From: Microbotryum violaceum
Lineage: Eukaryota
Direction: 5' to 3'
Length of the DNA stretch: 64,000 bases
Assembly: GCA_001244265.2 (NCBI GenBank)
Contig: CDLV01000008.1
Span: 1,736,001 to 1,800,000, forward strand
The translations under genes and the position numbers were made by a program. The notes beneath the pieces were generated by a model, which saw only the letters and a program-made list of their open reading frames with translations, was not told the origin of the DNA and did not search any database. Below are positions 60,897 through 64,000 of this stretch, one piece after another (position 1 is the first letter of the stretch; each line of letters starts with the position of its first letter).

Positions 60897-61345
60897 GGCT
60901 GTACCGCGTGTACGAGACGCTCGGTGCTGTCGAAGCCGAGGAACGGGCAGAGAGTGACGTGGATCACGAGCACGCGCGCGGACGAGGCAATATCGGATTA
61001 GAATCGGGCAGTTGGAATCGGGAAGCTAGTACGAATTGGCGGCTGGCTGTATGCGGTTGCGCGGGCGAGAGGGTGCCGGCTGCCAGCGCCGGAAAGGAAT
61101 GACCCGCGTCACCGCTCGATCCTCCATCCTCGACCTGGGTTCCCCTCACCCCCTCACCCCCCTCGCCCCGTCACTTGGGATCCCTGACTCACCTCTAATC
61201 AGAAGGGCGTCTCTTGGTCATTTCGCCACTGTATCACAGCTCAGGAAACGGACACGACGGAGCGACGCCGGTAGAGTGTCTTGAGCTTCGTGCGAGAGAG
61301 AGAGATTGTGTGTTGGTGTGTGTGTGAGGGCACAAAGGGTTAGAA

Positions 61346-62051
61346 AGTAAGCAGTACAACAGCTTCTTCCCGCACGAACCTCCTCACTTGCTGAGCCTGT
61401 TCTTTGTACAGTGAGCGCCTTGACCGCCTACGTCGACAGTCCGTTGGCCATCCTCTCGCTCTCTCTCTCTCTCTCTCTCTCTTCCGTGCTGCCTCTCCTT
61501 TACCCACCAACCCTGACCCATTCTCATTTCCCTGCTCCTCACAGAACGCGTCCTCGTCATCACCCAAGACGGTCGAACAATAGTAGTACGTCCATACCCC
61601 AGCCGATCTCTTCCCCTCCATCTGCTCGAACCCTAAACACTAAACAACCCCCCTTCCTTTCTTTCTTTCCTCAGGGCACCTTTGCCGGCTTTGACCAAAC
61701 GACCAACATCATCCTCTCCTCCTCAACGGAAAGGATCTACTCTCTCGACGAAGGTGTCGATGAACAACCATTAGGCTTATTCGTCGTAAGAGGGGACAAC
61801 ATCGTACGTTAACAAAAAACATTCTACACACCCGAATGAAACGAAACCTACATTCATTCATTCTAACCCCCCTCTTCCAAATCATCGTTTTAATCCCCAT
61901 CTCGAATCGGATCCTCTTTTCCTACTTTCTTTTCGTACACGCGTCATCGTCAATCTCGTAGACTTTGATCGGTGAATTGGACGAAGTAGCCGATAAAGCC
62001 GTCGACCTCTCGACCGTTCGTGCAGAACCGATACAAGAGATCGTACACTAG
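61346..62051 (+). CDS. LSM8: U6 snRNA-associated Sm-like protein LSm8
   Basis: MSALTAYVDKRVLVITQDGRTIVGTFAGFDQTTNIILS...PLGLFVVRGDNITLIGELDE assembled from 5 exons. The start codon is split A|TG by intron 61347-61411. Confidence 0.92.
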
Positions 62052-62068
62052 AGTAATCTCGGGATCTC

Positions 62069-62104
<36 letters not shown>

Positions 62105-62663
62105 GATTGGGATCTGGATAGACAGGGCACCGTCCTCGGAAAAGGGAGATGGAATGAAGGGGAGAGCGGGGCGATGACTCTACACGGAAAGATGATGAGC
62201 AACTTTTTTCGCAAAGACCGAACTGAAAGGCGTTCTTTGTATAATAATGACAAAATGTTTCTACCAAGAATTTCGCGGATGAAGGGTGAAATTGATAACC
62301 ATGACGGGGGAATTCATTAACGAATCGAGGAGAGAAAAGACGGCTCAAATCGAGAGGGTTTGCAAGTCATCTCGCAGCAACCTAACAGCACGGCATCTCA
62401 CCATCATTTGACAGATAACAACTTTCTTATACAGCACTAGAACGACCCAGATAAACAAAGCACCCAACCCGAGCAAAACTATGTACACAAAAGCTGAACG
62501 ACGATTCACCAGCGAAACGAAGCATAAATATGTACAGGCATGCTTCAAGTCGTTGCAAACTATTCAGAATATGTGGAGAGTCACACTTCGTTTTAGCCTC
62601 TGTCGTGAGCACAGGTGGACTCAAAGTTGGAATTTGCCACCCACCGATGAGAGAAATAATCGT

Positions 62664-64000
62664 TCAGCAAGAGGGACCCGACGCCCCCGCCGAGGGATGA
62701 AGCGAAGCTAAAGTAGGATCGTACGTCAAATCGCTCGCTCCCGCGGGATGAACAGCACTCGGAGGCAAGCCGCTCACTTGAACGACCGGGTGAGTGCTGA
62801 TCGTCGTCGAGTGGCCACGGCCCGCAGTCACAGCTGGAGCAAGGCCGCCGCTGGCACTTTGAAGGACGAGAACGTCATCATTCGCTTCAAAAGGCGCAGC
62901 GTAGACAGTTTCGGGGCGCTGGCTCTGGAGGTTCATCATCGAAGCTGGATCATTCGAGTGGGGATTGAAGAGGTCTTGTCCGGTGCTCGATGAGCTCGAG
63001 GTAGGGTGCTTTTGAAAGCCCGAGGCGTCTCCTTGTCCATGCATCGTCGCCGCCGTTGCCGAGCGAGTCGAGCTGATCGCACTCTGTGCGGGTCAGAAAG
63101 TCAACCCCATTAGTCATGCAATGACCATAAACTAGAATAAAATGACTCACATCATCAACGGCATCCTGGGTTGAGGTAACGGCGTCGCGAGCCCGTTGAG
63201 CAGCCGACGACGTCGCATCGACCTTCTTGTCCTTGGCATCGCGAGCAGTCTCACCCGACTCGGTCGCCGTCGCGCTAGCCCCTTGCAGCGTAGAGGAGGT
63301 CGTGGTGTTGTCTTCCCTTTCGGGACGTTGTTGTTGAGATTGTGGCGGTGGGTTGGAATTTCCGGAGCGACCACCGGGAAGGTAGGATTGGATCGACTCG
63401 GGGAGATAGGAGTACGCTGTGCTCGTCACGGACGAAACGAGACCAGCACCACCACCACTCTTAGGCTTGTCATCGACCTGGGACTTCGAGGTAGTTGACC
63501 GGTCACCAGTCGATTCGAGTCCCTGTGAGGCACTTCCCACGATGCTCTGCTCGGTCTGCTTGGACTTGTCGAGACCGTGCTGCATCGTCTCTTGGGTGCG
63601 AGTCGCCGCATCGGAAACCATGCTAGACCCCGACTGTGCGACATTGCTCATCGCCTCACGTGAAGATTGACCAATCTCTCGGGCTTTTTGGGTAGCACCG
63701 GACGCGATCGAGCTTGCCATCTCTTGAGCCTGGCTCGCCGTCTGGGTGAGGATGGGACCGAGTTTTTCGGCAGCGACGAGAGGAGCAGTGGCCGCCACTG
63801 CAACAAATATAGAACCATCCGACAGATTGAGCAACGAGAAGATGAACCACGGCACTATATCACAGTAAAAAATGGGACTTACTTCCCGCGAAACCCGTGA
63901 CGACATTGGTGAGGCTCGCTTCGGTCTCGTTGAGCTGCTCGGCCGGCTTAGGCGCGACGAGCGCCTCACCCACGCGGCCGACCTTCTCCGATACTTGATC
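62664..64000 (-). CDS. Partial hypothetical Ser/Thr/Ala/Gln-rich hydrophilic protein (LEA/hydrophilin-like); 5' end beyond the window
   Basis: Exons ~63798-63151 and ~63084-62664 join in frame across a GTGAGT...CAG intron. Helical low-complexity repeats (AQEMASSIASGATQKAREIG). No family recognised. Confidence 0.6.

Noticed and set aside
1-64000. tRNA, rRNA or snRNA genes
   Set aside because: The GGTTCGA-like words inspected (e.g. 2704, 37711) lack cloverleaf context. None was recognised by eye; a covariance-model scan is still needed.

Overview
Intron-rich, GC-rich eukaryotic DNA from a fungus, most likely a basidiomycete yeast (Pucciniomycotina-like; inferred from short GT-AG introns and gene content, not from a marker). 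The left end is nested LTR-retrotransposon debris: a Ty1/copia pol fragment interrupted by a Ty3/gypsy chromovirus. The spliced genes that follow are SAM synthetase, an ABCB/MDR transporter, prolyl-tRNA synthetase, a secreted Cys-repeat protein, RPB10, a Cdc25-like rhodanese, ZW10/DSL1, allantoinase, RAD54 and RAD52 (head-to-head), VPS16, three tandem FucP-like MFS transporters, an Fe-S L-serine dehydratase, UGGT, LSM8 and a partial low-complexity gene. Gene models were assembled by hand across introns. The most unusual signals are: tandem repeats whose units look like complete spliceosomal introns joined CAG|GTATG with no exon between them; a chimeric transporter amplification; a ~1200-aa ZW10 tail carrying acidic-Trp motifs; a possible mitochondrial N-terminal extension on ProRS; and a compact, highly base-paired non-coding segment near 2.5 kb. 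None could be checked computationally here, so novelty is not established for any of them.
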